A stretch of 64,000 bases of DNA from Eledone cirrhosa (GCA_964016885.1 OZ024766.1:13640001-13704000), one strand, 5' to 3'. Shown: positions 37,212 through 49,398, counted from the stretch's first letter. Translations and numbers: made by a program. Notes: generated by a model from the letters alone, not told the origin.

Positions 37212-40200
37212 ATCATCATCATCATCATCATCGTTTAACGTCCGTGTTCCATGCTTGCATGGGTTTGGACGGGAGTTTTCCCACTTGAGGCAAGAGTGGT
37301 TGTCTTGCTCGCATAGGACTATCTGGCGGGTTTTCTACGGCTGGATGCCCTTCCTAACACCAACCACATTTACAGTGTGGACTGGGAGGTTTTTACCGTG
37401 TTGCCTACACGGCCACATTACAGCGTGGACTGTCTGGCAGGTTTTCTACAGCTGGATGCCCTTCCTAACACCAACCACATTTACAGTGTGGGACTGGGAG
37501 GTTTTTACCGTGTTGCCTACACGGTCACATTACAGCGTGGATTGTGTGTTTTTTTTGTCGTGACACCTACACGATCTCATTTGTTTCGGCCTGGATTTTG
37601 TGGCACCAACATAACTTTACATTGAAAGGGGCGGTGTGGATGGGTGGGGGTGGTGGGACGGGGGTGTATTTTGTTAGAGATGCCTACTGATTGTAGTAGG
37701 TTTTACTTTGTATTTAGGTAACGCGGGTCTTCTCTATTACTGAGTACCGCCAAAGCTCTCGGTCCAGTGACATTGTCTTGGAGAGGTGTAAGTGTGTGAG
37801 GTCGGAATTTATCAGCTCGTCCCAGGTTTTTCTGGGTCTGCCTACTCCGTGGCTACCGTCTATCTTTATTGCCCTGCACTTTGCTATACAGCTGTCGTCT
37901 TTCATGCGCATCACGTGACCATACCAACGTAGCCTTCTCTCGAGTAAACAACATCTGATCCCTCTTATTTCTAATTTTTTCCTTAGTTGGTTTATGCTTT
38001 GCCGTTCGCGTATATTACTATTACACATCCAGCGGAGCATGCAAGCTTCGTTTCTCTCTAGTCTGCGTATATCCTCTGCACACAATGCCCAGGTCTCACT
38101 GCCATGCAACATTGCTGTTTGTATGCAGGCATCATACAACCTGCCTTTTATTTTTAGGGAGAACCCTTTAGCGGCTAATAGTGGTATAAGCTCTCTGAAC
38201 TTTTTCCATCCAGTTCTGACACTAGCTACTGTACTTTCGGAGCACCCTCCCCCACTGCTGATTTTGTCACCCAGGTAACGGAAGCTGTCCACTATTTCTA
38301 TAGAACCCTCTGCGCAGTTGAAAGAGCTAGTATTTTGTGGGCACTTGCTGCTACTTATTGCACCAGAGCACCGGCCACATGTAAAATCTGTGTTCTTAGT
38401 TAGCTTACCTGTGATCCCACTACATCTTTTATGCACCCATACTTTGCATTTGGGACATAAAATGGAGTTTCTACCTACTCCTTTCCTACACACTGAACAT
38501 GGCCATTTCCCGGAAGGGACCGGCGCCTTATTTTCTTTCCTACAAACTAGAACTTTAGTCTTAGCCATGTTAATTTTAAGGCCTTTTGATTCTAGGCCGT
38601 GCTTCCATGTTTGGAATTTCTTCTCTAGCTCAGCCATTGATTCAGCTATGAGCGTTAGGTCATCTGCGTATAGGAGTTCCCATGGGCAGCCGGTCTTGAA
38701 CTCCTCTGTTATAGCCTGAAGAGCAATAATGAATAGTAGGGGGCTAAGAACAGAGCCCTGATGGACACCAACTTTTACGCTAAACTCTTCACTATATTCG
38801 TTGTTAATTCTAACCTTGCTCACTGTTTCTTTATACATGGCTTGTATAGCTCTCACAAGCCATTCGTCAACACCTAGTTTTCTAAGAGCCCACCATATAA
38901 TGGAACGGGGGACTCTGTCGAAGGCTTTCTCCAAGTCGACAAAGGCTAAGTATAGGGGTTTACTTTTAGCTAGGTACTTCTCCTGTAGTTGTCGTACAAT
39001 GAAAAGAACGTCTGTGGTACTTTTGCCTGACATAAACCCGAACTGCATTTCATCTAGATCGATTCTCTCTCTGATTAGTTGCACTATTACTTTTTCCGTG
39101 ACCTTCATGACCTGGTCGATTAATTTAATCCCTCTATAGTTACTCCTATCTAGGGCGTCTCCTTTACCCTTGTTACAGTTAATGATGATGCTGCTACGCC
39201 AGTCCTTCGGAACAACCCCATTCAGTATGATTTGGTTTACTATCCGGGTGACCATGGTGTGTCCCACCGTTCCAGAGGCCTTCAGCATCTCAGCAACTAT
39301 TTCCGAAGGCCCAGCCGCCTTACCCGTTTTCATATCTTTGATTGCCTTACTTATTATACTACCTTCAACTAACACTGCTGGTCCCTCTATTGGATCGGTC
39401 TGGGGGAGACTATCCTTCTCCCATTTATTATCCTCATTTAGTAGCCTCTCGTAGTGACACTTCCAAGCGACCTTCTTATCAGCGTCAGTGATGGCGAGTA
39501 CACCATCATCATTAAGGACACACTTCTCCCCAACAATATCACGGTTTTCCTTGACACATTGCCTAGCAATCCTGAACACCTCACGTTTTTGGTCCTCACG
39601 TTGTAGAACATGCTTGAACTTTCTTTCCTCTGCTTCCCTTCTTGCGAAGTACACTTGTCTCCTAGCTTCCCTCCTGGCCACTTGATAGTCTTCTCTACTT
39701 CCCCCATCCCACCATATTTTCCAAGCCTGCTTTTTGGCCTTAATCGACTCCTCCACCTTACTGTTCCACCACCATGTTACTCTCCTCCTGCCTATAGGCC
39801 TGCTCCGGCCACAGACTTCGTCTGCCGCCAGCAGCAGGTTTGCTTTCAGGAATTTCCACTGTCCCTCTATATTGTCCGACTCTAAATGTTCTTCCTTACT
39901 GTCGAAAGCATCAAGTAATATGCTTTGAAATTTATTTCTGGCTGTGGGGTCCTTTAGCTTCCATATTTTTCTCTTGAGGATAGTCCTCTTCTGCTGTCGA
40001 GTACGTCTCGTCCTGACTATGAGGTCACTAATGATCAGTCTATGTTGGGAGGTGCATTCTTCATGGGGGAGGGATTTAGTGTTTACAACAGTCACTCTGT
40101 CACGTCTTCTGGTAAGGATATAATCTACCTGGCTGGTATGTTCCCCTGATCTATAGGTGATCAAGTGATTGTCTCGTTTTTTGAAGTTAGTGTTACAGAT

Positions 40201-40738
40201 TGTTAGGTTATTTGCATCACAGAATTCCAGGATTCTGGAACCTTCCTCATTTCTAGTACCAAACCCATAGCCTCCATGGATTTCATCATAGCCATCACAA
40301 TGTTGTCAAACGTGACCATTTAGGTCGCCAGCAATAATTATATAGTCACTGTCGGTTATTTGGGAGGTAGTGAGCATCAGTGTCTCATAGAAAGTGTCTT
40401 TTATAGCGCCAGGCAGTCCGGATTGGGGCGCGTACGCAGATATTATCGTCACAGTAGTTCTATTTAGAACAAGTCTTATTTTAATTATTCTGTCATTCAC
40501 TCTATTTACCTCTATTATCTTATCCACCCATTTTTCTGCTAACATGAATCCTACCCCACCCAGACCATTGTCATTTCCCACCCAGAAAAGCTTATAGCAT
40601 CGTTTTTTACCCACAATGAATCTAGCAGACCCGCCCTTCCACCTGGTCTCTTGGATGCAGCAGACATCAACCTCCTTACGTTCAAGCATTTCTACAACCT
40701 CGTTTGAGCGGCCTTTTAAGGTCCCTACATTCATGGTA
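37212..40738 (-). mobile_element. RTE LINE (PHD-type), young, one nonsense codon
   Basis: ORFs 40306-40734 and 37714-40164 are in the same frame, separated by a TGA. The 3' UTR has a ~120-bp duplication and a (GAT)n tail. Confidence 0.95.
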
Positions 40739-40920
40739 TATATATATATATATATATATTGTTATACTTTGGGAGGGTCATGTTGCCAATAAGAACACAC
40801 GCACCAGTTGCTTTCACTTCAATTTATTATATATTTATAAATTTATAAATTTACAAATCTACAAACTTATAAATTTCTGGTTGGTTGGTTGGTTCCACAA
40901 CCAGATAGTTGTTTATATAT

Positions 40921-40965
40921 AGTCATAGTCCCTTCGTCACACACTCTGTGACCTCTTCAGTGACT
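40921..40965 (-). ncRNA. Penelope pseudo-LTR minimal type I hammerhead (GAAG variant)
   Basis: agtca CTGAAGA g gtcaca gagtg tgtgac GAAG ggac TA tgact. Confidence 0.65.
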
Positions 40966-41173
40966 GGGGATTCCTTTCTTTGTTTCTGTGCCTTTCCTTT
41001 CTTCTGTCCTACGCCATTTTGTTTCTGTGTGTGTGTTGTGTGCTCAGTTTACGCATGCACCACATCCGGGTGTCTGTGTGTGTTTGTGTTCATTTATCTA
41101 TTTGTTTATTTATTTATTTATTTATTGTTGGTTGGTTGTTTGTTCTATGTGTGTGTGTGTTTTCATTTTGTCC

Positions 41174-43684
41174 TTAATTGTACGTTGTGATGTTGCTGTT
41201 CCACTCATATTTTCTATTTAATTTTGGTTGTAATTCTTTTATGCTTACTGCCTCTGTAATTTGCCTAAACATTGCGTCTTTTCTGTGTGTGGATTCTATT
41301 TTTATTTCTATGTTCTCTAATTTACCCCTGTGCTCTATCTTAGCATGTTGGTAGAGCACAGATGATTCTTTATTATCTTGAAGGTCTCGCCAGTGTTCAT
41401 TTATTCGTTCCCCTATACTACGAGCTGTCTCACCTATGTACACTATATTTTTGTTTCTACATTGTCCTTCAGTACATCTTATGCTATACACTACATTTCT
41501 AGTTTTACAGTTAATATGGGGGCTTATTTTACAGGTTATACATTTCTTATCTATACATGAGGGTCTTTGGAACGGGTATGTCTTGCTAATAAGTGTTTTT
41601 ACGGAGGTACCTGGTCTTTCTACTATCTTAATATTGAGTTTATGTTTATTTAGGGCCCTTCTAAATTTGTAGGCTAGTTCGCCTCTAGGGGTTGTATTGA
41701 TGAACATTACACTCTGGTATTTATTGCTATCATACCACGAGTTTATTCTATTGGCCTTGTTCCTAGTTCTTTCTATTCTATTCCAAAATTTGCTCCTATA
41801 CAAGGGGCAGGTCCCATTTATGTCATTATTTACCATTTTTTCCCATTTGGTTCTGGCTCCTTTATACACTCTGATTCTATCTCTCTGATTGTAGCCAGAG
41901 AACTGCATATGGTGGATGAAGTGTTGTATGTGTCTCTCTAGTTCTTCGGGGTTGCACATGCGGGACACATTTCTCATCACCCGTACCAAATCCGCAATCA
42001 GTATGTTGATTTTGGTATGGTCCGAAATGGCCGAGTTTCGGTGGATCAGATGTTTGGAAGTCATGGGTTTGGCATAATGGGAATGGAGGATTTGTTTTTG
42101 GTTGTTAATGGTATCTAACCAGAGCTCTGTGTCTAGTATAGGTAATCGATGGTTGGGGTGTCTACTTGGGTAGTCTATAGTAACTCTAATACTCTGGTGG
42201 ATGGAATTTGCTATTTGCTGGATGCTTTCCATTGTGTTTTTCTCTAGTTCCTGACTGTTCTTTAGTGGGGGTGTCTTAACTACGATGTTTATATCATCTA
42301 CGTAGCGGGAGTACATTATCAGGGTTAAGCTGTCTTCTAATTGTTCTTTAAGTTTTTGTTTAAGTCTACTGTCCCACCATACCATGAATAAGTTAGCTAT
42401 GTCGCCTGCAATGCTAACACCAATGGCTGCTCCTTCCTCTTGGGCATATGTTTTACCATTAAATTTGAACATATGTTCCTTAAGGGTTAATTTTATGCTG
42501 GCCCCTACCGCATGTGCAATCATTTTCTTCAGTTCATCGTGGTTTTCGGGTGTCCGTATGGCTCTGGTCCACCCGTTCCATCTATCTGTGTGGGTTTTCT
42601 TGGCCATTGAGGTAATGGTAGGTGGTCTGCCTCTTGCTGGTCTTGTAGGGCACAGGTTGCTAAGGTCATAAGTGTCTAGGTAACTATTACTATGGGTAAG
42701 CTTAAGTAGAAGTCCCAGCTCACTGGTATCAATCCCACGGAACTCAACCTTGCTCTCGCTGATCATTTCTACGCATTTCTCCACAGCAAAATCTACGTCA
42801 ATAGATGGATACAGGGACACAACATCCATACTGCCTATTATGCAGTTTGTTATGTCCCCAGATCGGTTACCCGCGCCGATTCTGCTGAGGAGGTCCTCCG
42901 TGCTGTCACATACATCTGGGGACATCTCAATGATGGGGCGTATGATCAGGGAGAGGAAGTAGGACAGTCTGTAGTTACTAGCAATGTTAGCTCCACAGAC
43001 TGGCCGTGTTGGTGGTCCCGCGACAGGGTCCCAGCCCGTTTTATGGTCTTTTCGAAGCCCATACAACGCCGGCACGTCATTGTTCCAGGCCTGGAAGTTG
43101 TTGGCAGTCCTTTTGTTGGGCTGCATTATATTCGTCCACATCACCATATGGGCATTGAAGGATTTTTCTCTATCCTCATGCTCCTGTGGTGTTACCTCTC
43201 TTGTGTTAGTGATGTGGGGTTGCATTGCCTGGATGTAGTTTGGCAGGCTGTCAACCGACATTCTGCCAGACTTGTCTGTTGGAAAGCATGCTATCTCTCT
43301 ATTACGTGAGCGCTGCATGAGCTTACGCAAGCCATTTGCAGATTTTTCTCCCAGTTGCTGGGCCTCTATTCTATTATGCTTCTTGCTATACTGTTCTATA
43401 ATATTTCTAAGTTCGGATTTAGCTATACTAAATTGTGCCTCTGTTTGTTCATCGACCTGCGACGGCAACTGCGTGCGTTTGTTAAATGGTAAAGTCGTGG
43501 CGTGGACTCGTCGCAAGGTCGAATGATTTATCGGAGGGATTCTAAAACGGAGAGTTCCAGGCTGCTGCTTTATGTGTACTAGTGCTATTGTTATTGTTAG
43601 TTGTGTTGTTTCTATTTCCACCGACAGCCTCATGGTTGTTTCTATGTCTCTCATAATTACTCCTGTCTCTTTCCACTGGCTCAA
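41174..43684 (-). CDS. Penelope-like reverse transcriptase + GIY-YIG endonuclease (836-codon open frame)
   Basis: SMDVVSLYPSI, QEEGAAIG and RYVDD (RT). Cys cluster and NVVYSIRC...VYIGETARS...RINEH (GIY-YIG). The listed start codon is TTG. Confidence 0.92.
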   Translation of the reverse strand: MSQWKETGVIMRDIETTMRLSVEIETTQLTITIALVHIKQQPGTLRFRIPPINHSTLRRVHATTLPFNKRTQLPSQVDEQTEAQFSIAKSELRNIIEQYSKKHNRIEAQQLGEKSANGLRKLMQRSRNREIACFPTDKSGRMSVDSLPNYIQAMQPHITNTREVTPQEHEDREKSFNAHMVMWTNIMQPNKRTANNFQAWNNDVPALYGLRKDHKTGWDPVAGPPTRPVCGANIASNYRLSYFLSLIIRPIIEMSPDVCDSTEDLLSRIGAGNRSGDITNCIIGSMDVVSLYPSIDVDFAVEKCVEMISESKVEFRGIDTSELGLLLKLTHSNSYLDTYDLSNLCPTRPARGRPPTITSMAKKTHTDRWNGWTRAIRTPENHDELKKMIAHAVGASIKLTLKEHMFKFNGKTYAQEEGAAIGVSIAGDIANLFMVWWDSRLKQKLKEQLEDSLTLIMYSRYVDDINIVVKTPPLKNSQELEKNTMESIQQIANSIHQSIRVTIDYPSRHPNHRLPILDTELWLDTINNQKQILHSHYAKPMTSKHLIHRNSAISDHTKINILIADLVRVMRNVSRMCNPEELERHIQHFIHHMQFSGYNQRDRIRVYKGARTKWEKMVNNDINGTCPLYRSKFWNRIERTRNKANRINSWYDSNKYQSVMFINTTPRGELAYKFRRALNKHKLNIKIVERPGTSVKTLISKTYPFQRPSCIDKKCITCKISPHINCKTRNVVYSIRCTEGQCRNKNIVYIGETARSIGERINEHWRDLQDNKESSVLYQHAKIEHRGKLENIEIKIESTHRKDAMFRQITEAVSIKELQPKLNRKYEWNSNITTYN

Positions 43685-43990
43685 TGTTGTTATCTACCCT
43701 ATTTTGTGTGTCTGTGTGTTTGTTAAGATTGTGGTGGTGGTGAGAGGCATTGAATGCTTGTGTGTTGTTGTTGTTGATGTGTGCTGTTGTTGACGTGTGT
43801 TGTTGTTGTCTCTGTGTGTGTTATCGTTGTTGTGTGTGTTGTTATTGTTGTTTGTGTCTGCGTGTCTGTTGTTGTTGTTTCTGGGTATGTTGCTATTGTT
43901 GTTGTTGTTGATGTGTGTGTTGTTGTTATTGTTGTTTGTGTCTGTGTGTCTGTTGTTGTTGGGATGTGCTCTGTGTATATATATATATAT

Positions 43991-45007
43991 ATTAGAGTTA
44001 TAATAGACTACCCAAGTAGACACCCCAACCATCGATTACCTGTACTAGACACAGAGCTCTGGTTAGATACCATTAACAACCAAAAACAAATCCTCCATTC
44101 CCATTATGCCAAACCCATGACTTCCAAACATCTGATCCACCGAAACTCGGCCATTTCGGACCATACCAAAATCAACATACTGATTGCGGATTTGGTACGG
44201 GTGATGAGAAATGTGTCCCGCATGTGCAGCCCCGAAGAACTAGAGAGACACATACAACACTTCATCCACCATATGCAGTTCTCTGGCTACAATCAGAGAG
44301 ATAGAATCAGAGTGTATAGAGGAGCCAGAACCAAATGGGAAAAAATGGTAAATAATGACATAAATGGGACCTGCCCCTTGTATAGGAGCAAATTTTGGAA
44401 TAGAATAGAAAGAACTAGGAACAAGGCCAATAGAATAAACTCATGGTATGATAGCAATAAATACCAGAGAGTAATGTTCATCAATACAACCCCTAGAGGT
44501 GAACTAGCCTACAAATTTAGAAGGGCCCTAAATAAACATAAACTCAATATTAAGATAGTAGAAAAACCAGGTATCTCCGTAAAAACACTTATTAGCAAGA
44601 CATACCCGTTCCAAAGACCCTCATATATAGATAAGAAATGTATAACCTGTAAAATAAGCCCCCATATTAACTGTAAAACTAGAAATGTAGTGTATAGCAT
44701 AAGATGTACTGAAGGACAATGTAGAAACAAAAATATAGTGTACATAGGTGAGACAGCTCGTAGTATAGGGGAACGAATAAATGAACACTGGCGAGACCTT
44801 CAAGATAATAAAGAATCATCTGTGCTCTACCAACATGCTAAGATAGAGCACAGGGGTAAATTAGAGAACATAGAAATAAAAATAGAATCCACACACAGAA
44901 AAGATGCAATATTTAGGCAAATTACAGAGGCAGTAAGCATAAAAGAATTACAACCAAAATTAAATAGAAAATATGAGTGGAACAGCAACATCACAACTTA
45001 CAATTAA
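43991..45007 (+). pseudogene. Duplicated 3' part of the Penelope ORF (thumb + GIY-YIG)
   Basis: Near-identical to the C-terminal ~340 aa of 41174-43684. Confidence 0.9.
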
Positions 45008-45215
45008 GGACAAAATGAAAACACACACACACACAGAACAAACAACCAACCAACAATAAATAAATAAATAAATAAACAAATAGATAAATGAACACAAACA
45101 CACACAGACACCCGGATGTGGCGCATGCGCAAACTGAGCACACAACACACACACAGAAACAAAATGGCGTAAAACAGAAGAAAGGAAAGGCACAGAAACA
45201 AAGAAAGGAATCCCC

Positions 45216-45260
45216 AGTCACTGAAGAGGTCACAGAGTGTGTGACGAAAGGACTATGACT
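45216..45260 (+). ncRNA. Penelope pseudo-LTR minimal type I hammerhead
   Basis: agtca CTGAAGA g gtcaca gagtg tgtgac GAAA ggac TA tgact. Core is intact. Confidence 0.78.
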
Positions 45261-45479
45261 ATATATAAACAACTATCTGGTTGTGGAACCAACCAACCAA
45301 CCAGAAATTTATAAGTTTGTAGATTCGTAAATTTATAAATTTATAAATATATAATAAATTGAAGTGAAAGCAACTGGTGCGTGTGTTCTTATTGGCAACA
45401 TGACCCTCCCAAAGTATAACAATATCGGTTTCAACACACGATTTCAGATAAAGAATCTTGCTAAACAAATTCAGAAATG

Positions 45480-46311
<832 letters not shown>

Positions 46312-46650
46312 ATCATCATCATCATCATTTTACGTCCGCTTTTCCCTGCTTGCAAGGGTGGGATGGGAACTGATCCTGGCTTGATTTCTACAGCTGGATG
46401 CCCTTCCTAACACCAACCTCATTTACAGTGAGTGCTGGGTGCTTTTTTGCCGTGGCACCTCCACGACCACTCTACAGTGGAATGATAGGGACCCCAGTCC
46501 CTATCATCTCATTTCTACAGCTGAGTAAACTGGAGCAATGTGAAATAAAGTGTCTTGCTCAAGGAAACAACGCATCACGTGGTCTGAGAATTGAACTCAC
46601 AATCTTTCGATTGCAAGGCCAATGCTCTAACTACTAAGCCATGTGCCTCC
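46312..46650 (-). mobile_element. Full-length SINE family B with RTE-derived tail
   Basis: Near-identical reverse complement of 60250-60575, with a (GAT)n tail. Confidence 0.88.
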
Positions 46651-46701
46651 ATTCATACATATATACATATATATATAATATATACACACACATATATATC
46701 T

Positions 46702-46984
46702 AAGTCTAAAGTCTGTCTTAAGCCAGCAGGCTCATTTGGCCGGTGCTTATACCGGTTTCATGGCGTGAAGTGAGTGAGAGTACAAGACTACCCCCTGGAC
46801 AGGACGCCAGTCCATCGCAGGGTTAAACCTCCAGCTATTGCTGGTACACATTTTCAGCTGAGTAAACTGGAGCAACGTGAAATAAAGTGTCTTTCTCAAG
46901 GAAACAACACATCACCCGGTCCAAGAATGGAACTCACACCTTTCGATTGAAAGCCTAATGTTCTAACCACTAAGCCATGTGCCT

Positions 46985-46988
<4 letters not shown>
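46702..46988 (-). mobile_element. SINE with family B head and a V-domain-like core
   Basis: tRNA head, then CCTGCGATGGACTGGCGTCCTGTCCAGGGGG, which resembles the V-SINE central domain. Confidence 0.7.
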
Positions 46989-47054
<66 letters not shown>

Positions 47055-47273
47055 AGTATGTATGTATGTATACATACATACATATATGTATACAGACGTA
47101 TAGTAGTATGTATATATATACATACATGCACACATATATATATGTACGTATCAGTTTACCAAACATTTATTATAATGCTCGGTTTGTTTGTTTGTAAACA
47201 AACAAACAGCCCGAATTACGCCGTACAGTGTTTAGGCAACCACGTCACCTTTTTGTTCAACACTGACACAGGA

Positions 47274-47316
47274 ATGATGTACTAGTTTCAAGCTTATTAG
47301 CTATCGTCAGCATTGT
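47274..47316 (-). ncRNA. Minimal type I hammerhead with palindromic ACUAGU stem III
   Basis: acaatg CTGACGA t agct aata agct t GAAA ctag TA catcat. Confidence 0.75.
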
Positions 47317-47390
47317 ATACCTTCCTGCCAGATGGTTGAACGTCTGAAAGTATATACTTTCCTTATGCATATTAACGGCTGAGCAGCCTA

Positions 47391-47398
47391 ATTTGCAT
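47391..47398 (-). promoter_or_regulatory. Octamer motif ATGCAAAT (also at 47753-47760 on +)
   Basis: Perfect octamer about 75 nt upstream of the hammerhead in both repeat units. Function is inferred only. Confidence 0.45.
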
Positions 47399-47834
47399 AT
47401 CGAGTGAGATCAGTCGGCTGGGCACACCGAAAACGATAAATGGAATAGAATGAAACGAAATTTCATTTCTCACTCTTAGTAAGGCACTTACTTAAATGTA
47501 AGTATGTATGTATACGTACATACATATATGTATACAGACGTACAGTAGTATGTATATATATACATACATGCACACATATATATATGCACGTATCGGTTTA
47601 CCGAACATTTATTATAATGTTCGGTTTATTTGTTTGTAAACAAACAAACAGCCCGAATTACGCCGTACAGTGTTTAGGCAACCACGTCACCTTCGTTTCA
47701 TTCTATTCCATTTATCGTTTTCAGTGTGCCCGGCCGACTGAACTCACTCAATATGCAAATTAGGCTGCTCAGCCATTAATATGCATAAGGAAAGTATATA
47801 CTTTCAGATGTTCAACCATCTAGCAGGAAGGTAT

Positions 47835-47877
47835 ACGGTGCTGACGATAGCTAATAAGCTTGAAATGAGTACATTGT
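47835..47877 (+). ncRNA. Minimal type I hammerhead
   Basis: acggtg CTGACGA t agct aata agct t GAAA tgag TA cattgt. Stem I is 6 bp including two GU pairs. Confidence 0.75.
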
Positions 47878-48204
47878 TCCTGTGTCAGTGTTGAACAAAA
47901 AGGTGACGTGGTTGCCTAAACATTGTACGGCGTAATTCGGGCTGTTTACAAACAAACAAACCGGACATTATAATAAATGTTCAGTAAACCGATACGTGCA
48001 TATATATATGTGTGCATGTATGTATATATATATATATATGTATATACATATATATATATATACACACACACACACAATTATATAGAACAATAAAATATGG
48101 CACCAGATGTTCAACCCAAGACCTTATGATTGAGAACAGCACACCTGTAACCTCTAAGCTATATATCTTCACACAGACTTTCTGATAAAGACAGAAGTAC
48201 CCAC

Positions 48205-48342
48205 CTGACTGACAGTTGTCTCCCCTGAAACCAGCTGCACATCCAACACTAGAACACACCCCAGATTTAATGTCGCAATGATCGTTGTCAGCACAGTGGC
48301 ACAAATACTGACAGTTCAAGCCAAAATAACCCTTTTTACATT
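48205..48342 (-). CDS. Internal exon of a multiple EGF-like domain protein (MEGF10/SCARF-like module)
   Basis: Poly-T tract + CAG acceptor, GTGGGT donor, 138 bp, phase 1-1. Translation ECKKGYFGLNCQYLCHCADNDHCDIKSGVCSSVGCAAGFRGDNCQS. Confidence 0.9.
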
Positions 48343-48473
48343 CTGAAAAAAAAAAAAAAAGAAAATAGAATTATATACACAACATATATATAAAATTATA
48401 CACAATAACACATATATACAATTATACACAGCTTTAACATACATATACACAATTATACATAACTATAATGCCA

Positions 48474-48825
48474 ATGTGCGTGAATGACCAAGCATAGACG
48501 AGTTGAGAAAGAAACTGGGTATAAGAGGGATAAGTTGTGGTGTGTAGGAGAGAAGGCTGAGCTGAGATGGTATGGACATGTGATGCGCATGGAGGATGAC
48601 CGCTGGGTAAAGAAGTGCCAAGAAATCCCAGTAGAAGGAAGACGCAGTAGAGGTAGACCATGAAAAACATGGGCGGAGGTGGTGAGAGAAGACCTCAAAT
48701 TGCTGAAACTCACAGAGGAGATGACAAGGGACCGTGACGAATGAAGAGATGCCATGCTTAATAAGACCCGTCCCACCCTTGCAAGCAGGGAAAAGCGGAC
48801 GTAAAATGATGATGATGATGATGAT
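48474..48825 (+). mobile_element. 5'-truncated RTE 3' end
   Basis: Decayed LRWYGHVMRM...GRP.KTW coding end followed by cccgtcccacccttgcaagcagggaaaagcggacgtaaaa(tga)n. Confidence 0.85.
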
Positions 48826-48835
48826 AATAATAAAA

Positions 48836-49298
48836 TTATTGTGTACAGTGCTCAGGTGCACTACAACTCATCAATGGTGAATTTATAGTACATTAGTGAA
48901 CAGACAGTGAACAGTGTATGAGTCATGAGATACACACAGACACATGCATGCGTGTGTATGGAGGGGGAATATCAGGTGTAGTGTTGGCGCAAAAAAAAAA
49001 TAAAAGGAAATGCTTACAGCACCTAGGTTTCTCAAGTGGTTTCCCATCTAAGTACTAACTAGGCTCGAGTCAAGATATATGTGTGTGTGTGTATGTATGG
49101 AGGGGGAATATCAGGTGCAGTGTTGGCGAATTTCAGGCAACATGGAGGTTTTAAAGGATGCAGTGTCCCGGCAGCTAACAACTGATGCAGGTAGTTTGTT
49201 CCATGCTTCAGTGAATTTCAGGAAGCATGGAGGTTTTAAAGGATGCAGTGTCCTGGCAGCACACAACTGATGCGGGTAGTTTGTTCCATGCTTCAGCA
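48836..49298 (-). mobile_element. CR1/L2-type LINE 3' fragment with internal duplications
   Basis: EAWNKLPASVVSCRDTASFK is a typical CR1/L2 C-terminus. ~83-bp tandem duplication at 49129-49295. Confidence 0.7.
49010..49068 (-). pseudogene. 5S rRNA 3'-half pseudogene
   Basis: tcgagcctagttagtacttagatgggaaaccacttgagaaacctaggtgctgtaagca aligns with the metazoan 5S 3' half (TCGGGCCTGGTTAGTACTTGGATGGGAGACCGCCTGGGAATACCGGGTGCTGTAGGC) and is followed by T runs. Confidence 0.85.
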
Positions 49299-49354
49299 AA
49301 TTTTTATATATATCGATTGACCAACAGTTAAAAAATATAAATATAAATATAGTT

Positions 49355-49398
49355 TCTCAGAGTTTTTTCATCACACATCTGTGACATCATCAGTGATA
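49355..49398 (-). ncRNA. Diverged Penelope-type minimal hammerhead
   Basis: tatca CTGATGA t gtcaca gatg tgtgat GAAA aaac TC tgaga. Stem II is nearly the same as in 45216. Confidence 0.6.

Larger units (their letters stand above)
40757..45424 (-). mobile_element. Penelope-like element with an inverted pseudo-LTR
   Basis: Main copy on the minus strand, about 40757-43975. A 5'-truncated inverted copy at 43991-45424 mirrors 40757-42190. Confidence 0.93.
47054..48030. repeat. ~442-bp hammerhead-bearing tandem repeat (retrozyme-like): one full unit, a partial unit, then an inverted unit
   Basis: cagacgta recurs at 47093 and 47535. 47693-48030 is the reverse complement of about 47110-47459. Confidence 0.85.
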
